From Candidatus Marinacidobacterium sp. (lineage in GTDB: Bacteria; Acidobacteriota; Vicinamibacteria; Marinacidobacterales; Marinacidobacteraceae), in assembly GCA_965250045.1 (NCBI GenBank), contig CBDFNG010000001.1, forward strand, positions 6,164 through 70,163: 64,000 nt of DNA, given 5' to 3'. Of the stretch, positions 1 through 8,885 are shown in pieces. The notes below the pieces were generated by a model. It saw nothing but the letters and a program-made list of their open reading frames with translations. It was not told the origin of the DNA and did not search any database. Numbering within the stretch: position 1 is the first letter of the stretch; each line of letters begins with the position of its first letter. The position numbers were made by a program, and so were the translations under genes.

Positions 1-1
1 A

Positions 2-553
2 GTGTGCCGCACCGTCATCGCCCGAGCGGTGACCCGCTACGGCGGCCTGGATGTCTTGATCAACAACGCCGGCGGTACGCATGACGGCGCATTCGCGGCC
101 ATGCCGCCCGGGGACTACGCGGGCCTGATTCGAGGCAACCTCTGCGCGCCTGTCGCGCTGGCGCTTCAGGCGGCGCCGTATCTCATCGCATCGGCACGGG
201 CGGGGCGCAGTGGCGCCGTGGTGATGATGGCGTCGATGGCCGGGGTGGCCGGAAAGGAAGGCCAGGTTCCCTACGCGGCCACCAAGGGTGGCCTGATCGG
301 AGCCACGCGGCTTCTCGCGCGGCATTTCGGCCGCCGCGGCGTACGGGTCAACGCGCTCGCGCCCGGTTTCATCCGCACCGGGATGGTCGAGTCTCTTGAT
401 CCGGGGATGTACGAGCACGTGCTCGACGCGAGTGCGTCACCCCGGATGGGAGAGCCGGACGAGGTCGCCGAGGCGGTCTGGTTTCTTGCATCCGGCGCCT
501 CGTCGTACTGCAACGGTGCAGTCCAGCGCGTCGACGGAGGGTTCCTGCGTTGA
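2..553 (+). CDS. Short-chain dehydrogenase/reductase, FabG-like ketoreductase (5' end truncated by window)
   Basis: Translation shows the SDR core NNAG, catalytic Y-x3-K (YAATKGG) and C-terminal VDGGF. The N-terminal TGxxxGxG dinucleotide motif is missing, so the gene starts upstream of the window. Confidence 0.85.
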   Translation: MCRTVIARAVTRYGGLDVLINNAGGTHDGAFAAMPPGDYAGLIRGNLCAPVALALQAAPYLIASARAGRSGAVVMMASMAGVAGKEGQVPYAATKGGLIGATRLLARHFGRRGVRVNALAPGFIRTGMVESLDPGMYEHVLDASASPRMGEPDEVAEAVWFLASGASSYCNGAVQRVDGGFLR

Positions 554-719
554 ACGGCGGCTTCGAATGGTGCGCCCCCGGCGCGCGTCTCCTGGCTCCC
601 TTGTCCGGTTCGGGAGAGGACCTGCTGGCCAGGGATGGAGAGGCGCGATGAGTAGCGAGCGAGGCCATCGGGGCGAGACGCGTACTTGTGAACCCACGGC
701 CGGCGATGGAGTGAACGCC

Positions 720-3086
720 ATGTCCGACACCGCGCATCAGGGTCACCAAGCCGTCGTCATCGGAATGGGAGCGTTCTCTCCACTGGGACGCAACTGTGCC
801 GAGATGAAGCAGGCGCTGCTCGACGGTCGCGATTCGATCGCAAAGGTGACCCGCTTCGACGCAGGCGGCTTCGCCGGTGAACTGGCCAGCAGCTTCGGCG
901 ATGACATCCCGGTCGAGGTGGATGCGTACGCGCGTTCGTGGATGGATCGTGCCACGCTCCTGTCCGTCGAAGCATACCGGGAGGCGATCCGCTGCGCGGG
1001 AGTGGATCCTCGGGACTTCGATCCGGAAAGGGTGGGGGTGTGCCTGGGCAGCTCGCACAGCGGTCTCGTGCGCACCGAGGAGGTCGCGCAGCACGTCTTC
1101 CGCAAGCAGTGGGACCGGATCCGTCCCAGAATCGTGGCGGCGACCCTGGTCTCTCACTGCACCTCGATCATCAAGCGTATGAGCGGCGCCCGAGGCCGCG
1201 TCATCACGATCTCCTCGGCTTGCGCCAGCTCCAATTCCGCCGTGGGCATCGGTGCCGATCTGGTACGCAGGGGCGAGCTGGATCTGGTCGTTGCCGGCGG
1301 CTCCGACACGGTGTCTCTCTCGGTCATGGCGGGATTCAATGCCCTGCGGGTGATCTCCCACGACAAGACCGCGCCGTTCTCCAACCCCGCCGGTCTCAAT
1401 CTCGGGGAAGGCGCCGGCATCGTCGTCCTCAAGCGCGGGGATCTGGAGATGCCGGGATGCGGGCCCCCGCTGGCCGAGATCCTGGGTTACGGCCTCTCCG
1501 GCGACGCCTGGCACGCCACGGCGCCGGACCCCGACGGAGTCGGGTGCGAGCACGCGATGATCGCCGCCCTCGAAGACGGCGGCCTGGCCGCGGCCGATAT
1601 CGACTATGTCAACGCGCACGGCACCGGGACGGAAGCCAACGACGCGGCGGAATCCCGATCGTTGAGCCGGCTGTTCGGCGATACCACCCCGATCAGCTCC
1701 ACCAAGTCCTTCTTCGGTCACACGCTGGGGGCTAGCGGCGTCCTGGAGCTGATCGCCTCCCTTCTGCTTGCCGGGGATGGAATGGTTCCGCACGGCCTGC
1801 GAATGGATGCGGTGCGCGAGGGATGCGCGCGGCTGGACTACGTGCGCAACGCCCCTCGCAAGGGCAGACCCGGCGTCATCATGGTCAACAACTTCGGTTT
1901 CGGCGGCAACAACAGCTCGCTGATTGTGCGAGCAAGCCGGAACAGCTCGCTGATCGTGCGTGCAGGCCGGGAGCGGGTCTCGCACCACCGGCGCCCCGCG
2001 CGGCCCGACGCGGTCGTGTTGACCGGGATCGGTGTCGTGAGCGCCGCCGGCGCGGGTGTCGCACGGTTCCGCGACGCTCTGGAGGCCGGTAGCGCCTTGG
2101 CCCGGAGGGATCCGGAGAGCGGCATCGACGCCGCGTACTGTCCCGGACTGCGCTTCACGGATCCCAAGCTCACGCGGTTCGCCCGCAACGCACCCGCGAC
2201 GCGCTATGCCGTCATCGCTCTGGACGAGGCGCTCGGCGCCGACAAGGCCGTCTACGACCACGACCCGCGTTCCGGTCTTGTCGGGGGAGTGATTTTCGCC
2301 GCTCAGAAGCCGACCGAGAAGTACATGGAAAGCGTGTTTGCCGACCCGGCGCTCGCGAGCGCGCTCTACTTCCCGATGACGACCATGAACGCGATGGGAA
2401 GCACCTGCTCGTTGGCATACGGAATCACGGGGTACACCACTACCGTGTGCGGCGCCGCGGCGGGCCTGGCCTACGCGTCGGATCTGGCCCGCGACGGCCG
2501 CCAGGATCGAGTGGCCATGGTCTCGGCGGATGAGTTATCGCCGCGGCTACTCAAAGTCTACCGGTACGCCGGTGTGGTGCGGGGTGCGACTGACGGGTGT
2601 CGTGGCCGGGCCGACGCACTGGGAGAGTTCGCAGCGGCGCTGACCCTGGAGCGGGCGTCGAGCGCGAGAGAGCGAGGCGTGGGTCCCCTGGCGCGCCTTG
2701 CGGGCTGGGCCCATTTCCAGGATCCCCTCGATCTCTCGGTTGCGCGGGACGGCTCCGCTCTTCGACGGGCGATCGATGCCGCCCACCACATGGCGGGGAT
2801 CACCGCTTCTCATATTGGCCTCGTCAGCCTGCTCGATCGGGGGGTCGCGCCGTCGCGCCGCGCCTGCCGCCGTGCCCTGAACGCCGTATTCGGAGAGGAG
2901 TCGCCGCCGATCGTCCGGCCGGACGAGGTGTTCGGCTTCGCTCCCTCCAGCGGCGCGGTGATGACCGTTGCCACCGCGCTGGCGAGCCTGCAACGCAACG
3001 AGGACGCCCCACGCCATGTGCTGGCCGCCGGCTGCGATCTGGTCGGCGACGGTTTCGCTTTCATCCTGGAGAGGAGCCCGCAGTGA
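720..3086 (+). CDS. Fused tandem beta-ketoacyl-ACP synthase: complete KS domain plus C-terminal KS-fold (chain-length-factor-like) domain
   Basis: N-terminal half has ISSACASS (Cys), WHATAPDP (His), NAHGTGT (His) and GHTLGASG. The C-terminal half (about 370 aa) aligns by eye to the thiolase/KS fold but lacks an HGTGT motif. An alternative in-frame ATG at 648 has a GGAGAG SD. Confidence 0.85.
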   Translation: MSDTAHQGHQAVVIGMGAFSPLGRNCAEMKQALLDGRDSIAKVTRFDAGGFAGELASSFGDDIPVEVDAYARSWMDRATLLSVEAYREAIRCAGVDPRDFDPERVGVCLGSSHSGLVRTEEVAQHVFRKQWDRIRPRIVAATLVSHCTSIIKRMSGARGRVITISSACASSNSAVGIGADLVRRGELDLVVAGGSDTVSLSVMAGFNALRVISHDKTAPFSNPAGLNLGEGAGIVVLKRGDLEMPGCGPPLAEILGYGLSGDAWHATAPDPDGVGCEHAMIAALEDGGLAAADIDYVNAHGTGTEANDAAESRSLSRLFGDTTPISSTKSFFGHTLGASGVLELIASLLLAGDGMVPHGLRMDAVREGCARLDYVRNAPRKGRPGVIMVNNFGFGGNNSSLIVRASRNSSLIVRAGRERVSHHRRPARPDAVVLTGIGVVSAAGAGVARFRDALEAGSALARRDPESGIDAAYCPGLRFTDPKLTRFARNAPATRYAVIALDEALGADKAVYDHDPRSGLVGGVIFAAQKPTEKYMESVFADPALASALYFPMTTMNAMGSTCSLAYGITGYTTTVCGAAAGLAYASDLARDGRQDRVAMVSADELSPRLLKVYRYAGVVRGATDGCRGRADALGEFAAALTLERASSARERGVGPLARLAGWAHFQDPLDLSVARDGSALRRAIDAAHHMAGITASHIGLVSLLDRGVAPSRRACRRALNAVFGEESPPIVRPDEVFGFAPSSGAVMTVATALASLQRNEDAPRHVLAAGCDLVGDGFAFILERSPQ

Positions 3087-3559
3087 ACGATTGCACCACT
3101 TCGCACGATTGCGCCGCTCCGCCGGCGGCCGTCACCACCTGCCGGGTCATCTTCGGAGATACCGATGCGGGCGGCATCGTCTACCACCCCCGATACCTCG
3201 AGATGGCGGAACGGGGGCGCAACGAACTCATGCGCGCGGTGGGGCTTGACCTCGGTGACATGTTCGAGCACCGCCGTCTCGGGCTCGCGCTGCGGTCGGC
3301 GGACATGAAATTCCATGTTCCCGCGCTGTTCGACGATCGCCTCACCATCCGGACCGCGGTCGAGAGACTCGGAGCAGCCAGCTCGATGTGGATCAGCCGC
3401 ATCCGTCGCGGGGGAACCCTGGTCTGCACCGTGCGCGCCGAGCTCGTGTGCATGGATCGTTTCAGTGGGCGGCCGATACTTTATCCCGACGATGTCCGGG
3501 GCGTCTTCGAACTGGCCCTGTCGGGTGCCCCGAAGTGCGGGCAGGAGATCTCCCGATGA
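3083..3559 (+). CDS. Hotdog-fold acyl-(ACP/CoA) thioesterase, YbgC/4HBT-like
   Basis: FGDTDAGGIVYHPRYLEM motif typical of 4HBT/YbgC thioesterases. The GTG start overlaps the upstream stop (GTGA). Confidence 0.75.
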   Translation: MNDCTTSHDCAAPPAAVTTCRVIFGDTDAGGIVYHPRYLEMAERGRNELMRAVGLDLGDMFEHRRLGLALRSADMKFHVPALFDDRLTIRTAVERLGAASSMWISRIRRGGTLVCTVRAELVCMDRFSGRPILYPDDVRGVFELALSGAPKCGQEISR

Positions 3560-4302
3560 AGCTCCTCGACGGCAAGTCTGCGATCGTCACTGGTGCCTCG
3601 CGCGGGATCGGCCGCTCCATCGCCCTCGAATACGCGAGACAGGGGGCGTCGCTGGTGCTCAACGCCTCCCGCGCCTCCGATGCGCTGGACGAGACCGCGG
3701 CGGCGATCCGGGACATGGGCGGGCGTTGCGAAACAGTGCCCGGCTCCGTCGTCGAGGCGCCCGTCGCCAGAGCCCTGGCAGCGAGAGCGGTGGAAGCGTT
3801 CGGCAAGCTGGACATCCTGGTCAACAACGCCGGCATCACCCGCGACAAGCCGCTGGTGATGATGAGGGAGAAGGAGTTCGACGAGGTGCTCGCCGTCAAC
3901 CTGCGTGGCGTCTACCAGTGCTCGCGCGAAGCAGTCCGGGAGATGATGAAACAGCGTAGCGGCCGCATCATCTCCATCAGTTCCATCTCCGCCCTGGCCG
4001 GCCGGCCGGGGCAATGCAACTACGCGGCGGCGAAGGCCGGAATCGTGGGCTTCACGAAGTCGCTCGCCCGCGAGGCGGGCAAGTTCAACGTGCTCGCCAA
4101 TGCGCTGCTGGTCGGCGTGATCGATACCGAGATGACCAGGCGCATGCCGCCGGCAGCGAAGACGAAGCTCCGGCAGATCATCCCCCTCGATCGGGTGGGG
4201 CGGCCGGATGAAGTCGCCGGCCCCTGCGTCTTCCTGGGCTCCGATCTGTCGACCTTCGTCACCGGTACCACCATCAACGTCAGTGGAGGGAGTTACGTCT
4301 GA
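3556..4302 (+). CDS. 3-oxoacyl-ACP reductase (FabG family SDR)
   Basis: TGASRGIGRSIA, NNAG, S...YAAAKAG catalytic tetrad residues, 248 aa. ATGA overlap with the upstream gene. Confidence 0.9.
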   Translation: MKLLDGKSAIVTGASRGIGRSIALEYARQGASLVLNASRASDALDETAAAIRDMGGRCETVPGSVVEAPVARALAARAVEAFGKLDILVNNAGITRDKPLVMMREKEFDEVLAVNLRGVYQCSREAVREMMKQRSGRIISISSISALAGRPGQCNYAAAKAGIVGFTKSLAREAGKFNVLANALLVGVIDTEMTRRMPPAAKTKLRQIIPLDRVGRPDEVAGPCVFLGSDLSTFVTGTTINVSGGSYV

Positions 4303-4607
4303 TGATCAATACCCTTGTTGAAGCGCGCGCCTACGCCGGGCACCGCAACGCACTCACCCACCGTCTCAAGGAGACTCTGGTCGAGCGCCTCGACCTCGAC
4401 CGGCAGCCCGACGAGATTCCGGACGACTGCCTGCTCTTCGGGGTCGGGCTGGGCCTTGATTCCGTGGATGCGCTCGAGATTGTCGTCGCCATCGAAGGCG
4501 AGTTCGGATTCCGCGTCGAGGATGACGATATGCAGGAGATTCGTTCCGTCAACTCGATCGTGGACTTGATCCTGTCCCGCCGAACTCAAGAGGAGAACGT
4601 GCGATGA
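4302..4607 (+). CDS. Acyl carrier protein (cluster-dedicated)
   Basis: 101 aa, acidic, with phosphopantetheine attachment motif LGLDSVDALE. Start overlaps the fabG-like stop. Confidence 0.8.
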   Translation: MINTLVEARAYAGHRNALTHRLKETLVERLDLDRQPDEIPDDCLLFGVGLGLDSVDALEIVVAIEGEFGFRVEDDDMQEIRSVNSIVDLILSRRTQEENVR

Positions 4608-5593
4608 CCGACTATCGACGCATGCGCAACCACGCAGGGCTGGCCGATCTGCAGGAATGGACCCGCTTCGACCTTTCGGGTCCGCAAGCGGGCGATGCGC
4701 TGAACGCGGTCGTCGGCTGCAACGTCCGGGATCTTTTTGAAGGGCGGGCTGCGAATACTCTGATCCCGTCACCGGCCGGAGGGGTCGATGCCATTGTCTG
4801 GATAATCGCGTTGGAACACGGCTTCCGGATCATGGGCGAGCCCGCCGACCGGGAGGCGATCCGCGCCGCCCTCGAGGAGAGCATCTCCGGCCGAGACGCA
4901 ACGCTCCGGGACGTCCGCGACAAGACATTCGCCCTCGCCCTGATCGGGCCGGAGGCCGAGACGGTCGCCTGGAAGGCATTTGGAGACGAGGTTCATTCCG
5001 TCGCCTTCCTCAACGCCCTGCCGCTCGGCGACCCGGCGGTCCTGGCCGCGCGGATCGGATACTTCGGGGAGTACGAGTTGTATCTGTTCGGCGAGCCCGC
5101 CGGCAAGCAGGCGGTGATCGACACGCTCAAGCAGGTCGGAGACGGCGACGCGCTCATTGTGGGGGAGAGTGCGTTCCCCGTGATGATGACCGAGATGGGC
5201 ACGATGAGCCGGGAGCGGGACATTCCGCCGGAAGTCTCCGTTTTCGAAGCCGGCCTGCAGTGGATGATCGATTTCCGCAAGGAGAATTTGCGGGCGGCCG
5301 GGGAGCTTGCGCGGAAGAAGCACTCGGTGGAGCGCAAATGCGTGCTGATGATCGTCGACGGTGGGGCCGAGGGTCTGCTGGGCCAGCCGGTCTTTATCGA
5401 GAACTGTGACATCGGCCGCATCCAGTCCGCCTTCCCCTCGGAAGCCCTCGGCAGGTCCGTCGCTCTCGCCTACCTCGTCGAGGACCTGGGGATGCCGGGT
5501 CTGTCCTGCGCCGTCGGCACAGACCGCAGGGCCGGCAAGACCGTATCCGCGCCGGCCTTCCTGGGGCGCTCCATCCTCAACAGCCTGAGTTGA
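4604..5593 (+). CDS. GcvT-fold (aminomethyltransferase / folate-binding YgfZ-like) family protein
   Basis: ARIGYFGEYELYLF resembles the RTGYTGEDGFEI core of GcvT. The C-terminal barrel-like GRIQSAFPSEALGRSVALAYL resembles the GcvT_C pattern. ATGA overlap with the ACP gene. Confidence 0.65.
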   Translation: MTDYRRMRNHAGLADLQEWTRFDLSGPQAGDALNAVVGCNVRDLFEGRAANTLIPSPAGGVDAIVWIIALEHGFRIMGEPADREAIRAALEESISGRDATLRDVRDKTFALALIGPEAETVAWKAFGDEVHSVAFLNALPLGDPAVLAARIGYFGEYELYLFGEPAGKQAVIDTLKQVGDGDALIVGESAFPVMMTEMGTMSRERDIPPEVSVFEAGLQWMIDFRKENLRAAGELARKKHSVERKCVLMIVDGGAEGLLGQPVFIENCDIGRIQSAFPSEALGRSVALAYLVEDLGMPGLSCAVGTDRRAGKTVSAPAFLGRSILNSLS

Positions 5594-5603
5594 AGGAATC
5601 TTC

Positions 5604-6908
5604 GTGGACACCGGACCGACATATTCGGGTGCGAGGTTGCGCGCGATGGTCAGGTTGATGCTGGTCAGCCTCATCGTGATGATGGTGACGATCGTCGCGC
5701 TGTACTTCACACCGTTGACCGTGGCGCCGCTCATCGCCGCCTCTCTCTACGCCGGTCTGTGGGCGTATGAGCGGCGGCTCGGGGTGGCTTCTCCCATTAC
5801 CCGGATCATGATCGTGTTCTATCTGTTGTTCGCGTTCGCCCGCTACTGGCTTGATGATCTGTCCTGGATGGCCTGGTTCTCCCCGATGGTTTATTGGACC
5901 CTGGCGGCACTGATCTTCGCGCTGCTGCTGGCGGGCCGGCCATTCACCGCCGTCTACACGGGAGACGCCAGCTTCCCGCCGCTCCACCGCGCGATCTCGC
6001 TGTTATGGGGAGGGTTGCATTTCGCAGCCGGCCTTGCCGCGCTGGTCCTGATTCCGGGGTTGGGTTTTCTCTACTTGCCGCTGAGCCTGATGGTGCTCGG
6101 GGCGCTCGTCACGGTGTGGCTGAACTTCGTCTCGATGGGACCCGCCTACGGACGGCAGCCCCGGTTCGAACTGGAAGGCTACTCATTCCGCCAAGCGGCG
6201 AGCCGGGACGACCGGGAGACCTTCTACAACGTCATCGCCGAGGCATATCGGGCGGATCTGCAGAGCGCGCTCGGAATGCGCCGAAAGATCGACAAGGAAG
6301 CGATCATCCGCGAACACCAAGCTTCCAACCGCAAGTGGCAAGGCGATTTCCTGCCGTTTCTGGTGTTCGCCGGCGACCGGCCGGTGGGGGGAATCTGCAT
6401 CTTCTTCGATCACGAGGAGCGTGGTCTGCCCATCGAGGGCGAAGCCCGAATCGATCTGAAGTCATGGCGCCGCGTGGGTCCGGTCGCAGAAGTCGGCCGC
6501 CTCGGCGTGCTCCGGCGCTACCGCATCAGCCCGGTGCTCCTGAAGGGGCTCTTCAAATGCGTCATCGAAGCGGCCGCCGAGAGGCGCGTCCACTTCATCT
6601 TCAACGACTCCTTCAATTTCCAGTCGAAGATGTACGAGAAGATCGGCTTCAAGGCGCTTCACGACGAGCCGTACGTGTCAGGGGACGAGCACTCTACCGG
6701 CTACGGGCTCAAGGTCCTGCCGATGATGATGGACTTGGCAGGCATGGTGCGTCTGGACACACCGGGCGGCATGGCCGCCGACATGCGCGACATCCTGGCC
6801 CCTTACGTGATGGAACGCTTCTTCAAACACCTTGCCATCCGGGAGATGGCGAGCACCTTCCTTTTTTCCGAAACACAACCGAGGGAGATTGAGAATGCAA
6901 AAGTCTGA
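5604..6908 (+). CDS. Polytopic membrane domain fused to a GNAT-like N-acyl amino acid synthase / autoinducer-synthase-fold acyltransferase domain
   Basis: The first 180 aa or so form about 5-6 hydrophobic helices. The C-terminal 240 aa contain EVGRLGVLRRYR, matching the E-[VL]-[GS]-R-x-x-V-x3-[YF]R signature of OlsB/FeeM-type acyl-ACP-dependent N-acyltransferases. GTG start. Confidence 0.5.
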   Translation: MDTGPTYSGARLRAMVRLMLVSLIVMMVTIVALYFTPLTVAPLIAASLYAGLWAYERRLGVASPITRIMIVFYLLFAFARYWLDDLSWMAWFSPMVYWTLAALIFALLLAGRPFTAVYTGDASFPPLHRAISLLWGGLHFAAGLAALVLIPGLGFLYLPLSLMVLGALVTVWLNFVSMGPAYGRQPRFELEGYSFRQAASRDDRETFYNVIAEAYRADLQSALGMRRKIDKEAIIREHQASNRKWQGDFLPFLVFAGDRPVGGICIFFDHEERGLPIEGEARIDLKSWRRVGPVAEVGRLGVLRRYRISPVLLKGLFKCVIEAAAERRVHFIFNDSFNFQSKMYEKIGFKALHDEPYVSGDEHSTGYGLKVLPMMMDLAGMVRLDTPGGMAADMRDILAPYVMERFFKHLAIREMASTFLFSETQPREIENAKV

Positions 6909-7734
6909 AGGCCGGCCGATCGGCCGCACTGTTCTGGGGACTTGGCTGACGGCAGGAGTGCTGGCGCTGGGATACGGCCTCATGGTGTCCGGCTGCGCGC
7001 CGGTGACGCCCGTGGTCGAGCCCACTGCCCCGGCCGGGGAGATCGACAGCTTGGAAAAGGCCGAGCAGGCTTGGCGGGCCGAGAATATCGCAGAGCACGA
7101 ACCGATCTGGAACGAGGAGAACGATCCGGACGGCGATCCGTTCTCGGCCGGCTTGGCTGCGTTCCATCTGGCGTCAGTGACTTTCGATCCGGCGTGGTCC
7201 AACGCGGCCATCGACGCCTTCGACAAGGTGATCGAGAGCAGTCCCGGCTTCACCCTCGCCCGTGCGTGGCGGGGCTCGGCCCATGCGCTGATGGCCCGCG
7301 ATTACCCCGTCAAGGGGCTCTGGCAGATCGTCCCGGGTCCCGGTTTCGTCCGGCTCTACCACGTCAAGACAGCCTTCTCCGATCTGGACGCGGCGGTCGG
7401 CGCCGCTCCAGACGATCCCGTCATCCGGCTCATCCGCGGCTCAACCTATCTCGGGATGCCGTCGGTCTTCGGTGGTGACGACGAGGGGCTCGAGGATTTC
7501 GACCAGCTGCGCGCCTGGACCCGCGACCCGGAGAGCAATAGCGATCACGCGGACGTCCTGCGCTCGACGGGCTGGCGTGAGGAGTACTACCTCTCGCGGT
7601 CCCGGGCGATGGAGAAGATCGGAGAGAACGAAGACGCGGCCCGGTCCTGGATGCAGCTTTCCGAGGTGACCGACAACCCCATTCTCATGGAGCTGGCGAA
7701 ATGGCACCGGATCTCTCTCGGCGCATCGCAATAA
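6895..7734 (+). CDS. Predicted lipoprotein, helical-repeat protein (paralogue A of 11604-12224)
   Basis: Signal peptide with lipobox MVSGC. Shares the block A-W-x3-GSA-x-A-x-M-x-RD ... AAP-x-D-x2-[IV]RLIR ... LED[FM] with ORF 11604-12224. Confidence 0.55.
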   Translation: MQKSEGRPIGRTVLGTWLTAGVLALGYGLMVSGCAPVTPVVEPTAPAGEIDSLEKAEQAWRAENIAEHEPIWNEENDPDGDPFSAGLAAFHLASVTFDPAWSNAAIDAFDKVIESSPGFTLARAWRGSAHALMARDYPVKGLWQIVPGPGFVRLYHVKTAFSDLDAAVGAAPDDPVIRLIRGSTYLGMPSVFGGDDEGLEDFDQLRAWTRDPESNSDHADVLRSTGWREEYYLSRSRAMEKIGENEDAARSWMQLSEVTDNPILMELAKWHRISLGASQ

Positions 7735-8885
7735 CCGGCGCCGGAGCCATCGGCTCGTTCGGGCTCGGCACCGAGGCGCTCTGGGACTGCCTGGGCGCGG
7801 GCAGGGCGAAATTCGCCCCCTGCACGCGCTACCCCGGCGCCCTTCCGTGCGCGGAGGCGGTGAAGCCGAACCTGCGGCGCATGCTGCAATCCGGCCGGCT
7901 CTCGAGGATGTCGCTGGTGTCGCAGTTCGCGATCGCGGCGGTGTATCTGGCGTTGAGCCAAGCCGGCATCCTTACCGGCAAGGGGGCGGCCGGCCGCGCC
8001 ATCGGTATCGTATACGGCACCTCGAACGGACCTGGCGCGACCACTCAGGAGATCTACGACGACCTGATCGACCGTGGTCCGACGGGGGTGAAGCCGCGGG
8101 TCTTCCAGGAATCCGTCTTCAACGCCCCAGCGAGCCTGGCGAGCATCCATTTCGGGCTGAAGGGACCGATCCAGGTTCTGGCCGCCAGCGCCTGCGCCCC
8201 GTCGGTTCTCTTTCAGGCGCAGATGCTGCTGGCGCATCCCGGCGTCGATGCGGTGATCGCGCTCTGCGCCGACGAGCTGTGCGAGGCGATCCAGTCCGCC
8301 CTGCGGGTCTTGCGCTGGCACCGGTCGCCCGCCGGGGACGAAGGGCCGTCGCCGTCCGGCCCCGGACGGGGAGCGATCTCGTCGGAGGGGGCGGCGGCCC
8401 TGATCCTCGAGCGCGGTGACGATGCCCGGGCTCGGGGCGCGGTCACGCTGGCCGAGATGGCCGGTGCCGCCTCGACCAACGACGCCTGGAAGCTGGTCCG
8501 GCCGGCGCGAGACGGCCGTGGACTGGCCGCCGCGATGAACGAGTGTCTTGCCGATGCCGAGGCGGCGCCGGGCGACGTGGACATGATCCTGTCGGCCTCC
8601 GCCAACACCGACATCGACGATGGTCTGGAAACCGCGGCCGTTCAATCGGTCTTCGGGGACGCCGCGCCGCCGGTGGCATCGACCAAGGACGACATCGGAT
8701 ACGCGATGGGAGCCGCGGCGATGTTCGACATCACGCTGGCGACCGAGATGGTCCACCGTGGCCGGGTCCCCGCCTCCCTGGATGCGGCCGGGACCCTCGC
8801 CGGCGGGATCGGATCGGTTTTGTGCGCCGGCATCGGCCTGAACGGCCTGTTCGGCGCCGTTCTGATCAGGAGAGCGGCATGGTGA
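7701..8885 (+). CDS. KS-fold protein lacking both catalytic His residues (chain-length-factor / KS-beta-like)
   Basis: ITGAGAIGSFG N-terminus and GLKGP...SACAPS region. TNDAWKLVRP replaces DAYHxTAP, and SASANTD replaces AHGTGT. Confidence 0.8.
   Translation: MAPDLSRRIAITGAGAIGSFGLGTEALWDCLGAGRAKFAPCTRYPGALPCAEAVKPNLRRMLQSGRLSRMSLVSQFAIAAVYLALSQAGILTGKGAAGRAIGIVYGTSNGPGATTQEIYDDLIDRGPTGVKPRVFQESVFNAPASLASIHFGLKGPIQVLAASACAPSVLFQAQMLLAHPGVDAVIALCADELCEAIQSALRVLRWHRSPAGDEGPSPSGPGRGAISSEGAAALILERGDDARARGAVTLAEMAGAASTNDAWKLVRPARDGRGLAAAMNECLADAEAAPGDVDMILSASANTDIDDGLETAAVQSVFGDAAPPVASTKDDIGYAMGAAAMFDITLATEMVHRGRVPASLDAAGTLAGGIGSVLCAGIGLNGLFGAVLIRRAAW

Noticed and set aside
396-719. N-terminal extensions of track ORFs: 396 for the KS, 8543 for fabD-like, 13949 for LolA-like, 29494 for the binding protein, 49882 for potC, 53708 for hyuB, 60316 for IclR and 61209 for PotD-like.
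   Set aside because: The extensions overlap upstream genes, are Arg/Pro-rich and precede the conserved family N-termini. Internal starts with SD sequences or ATGA coupling fit better.
369-2261. 630-aa ORF antisense to the KS gene. Similar long antisense or alternate-frame ORFs include 7587-9071(-), 19745-23269(+), 24550-25749(-), 27303-29273(+), 29329-30870(-), 37519-39015(+), 51963-53981(-), 53855-55486(-) and 58055-60142(-).
   Set aside because: Their translations are Arg/Gly/Pro/Ala-rich low-complexity strings with no recognisable motifs. Each is fully overlapped by an ORF with clear catalytic signatures on the other strand or frame. Long stop-free frames are expected at about 70 % GC.
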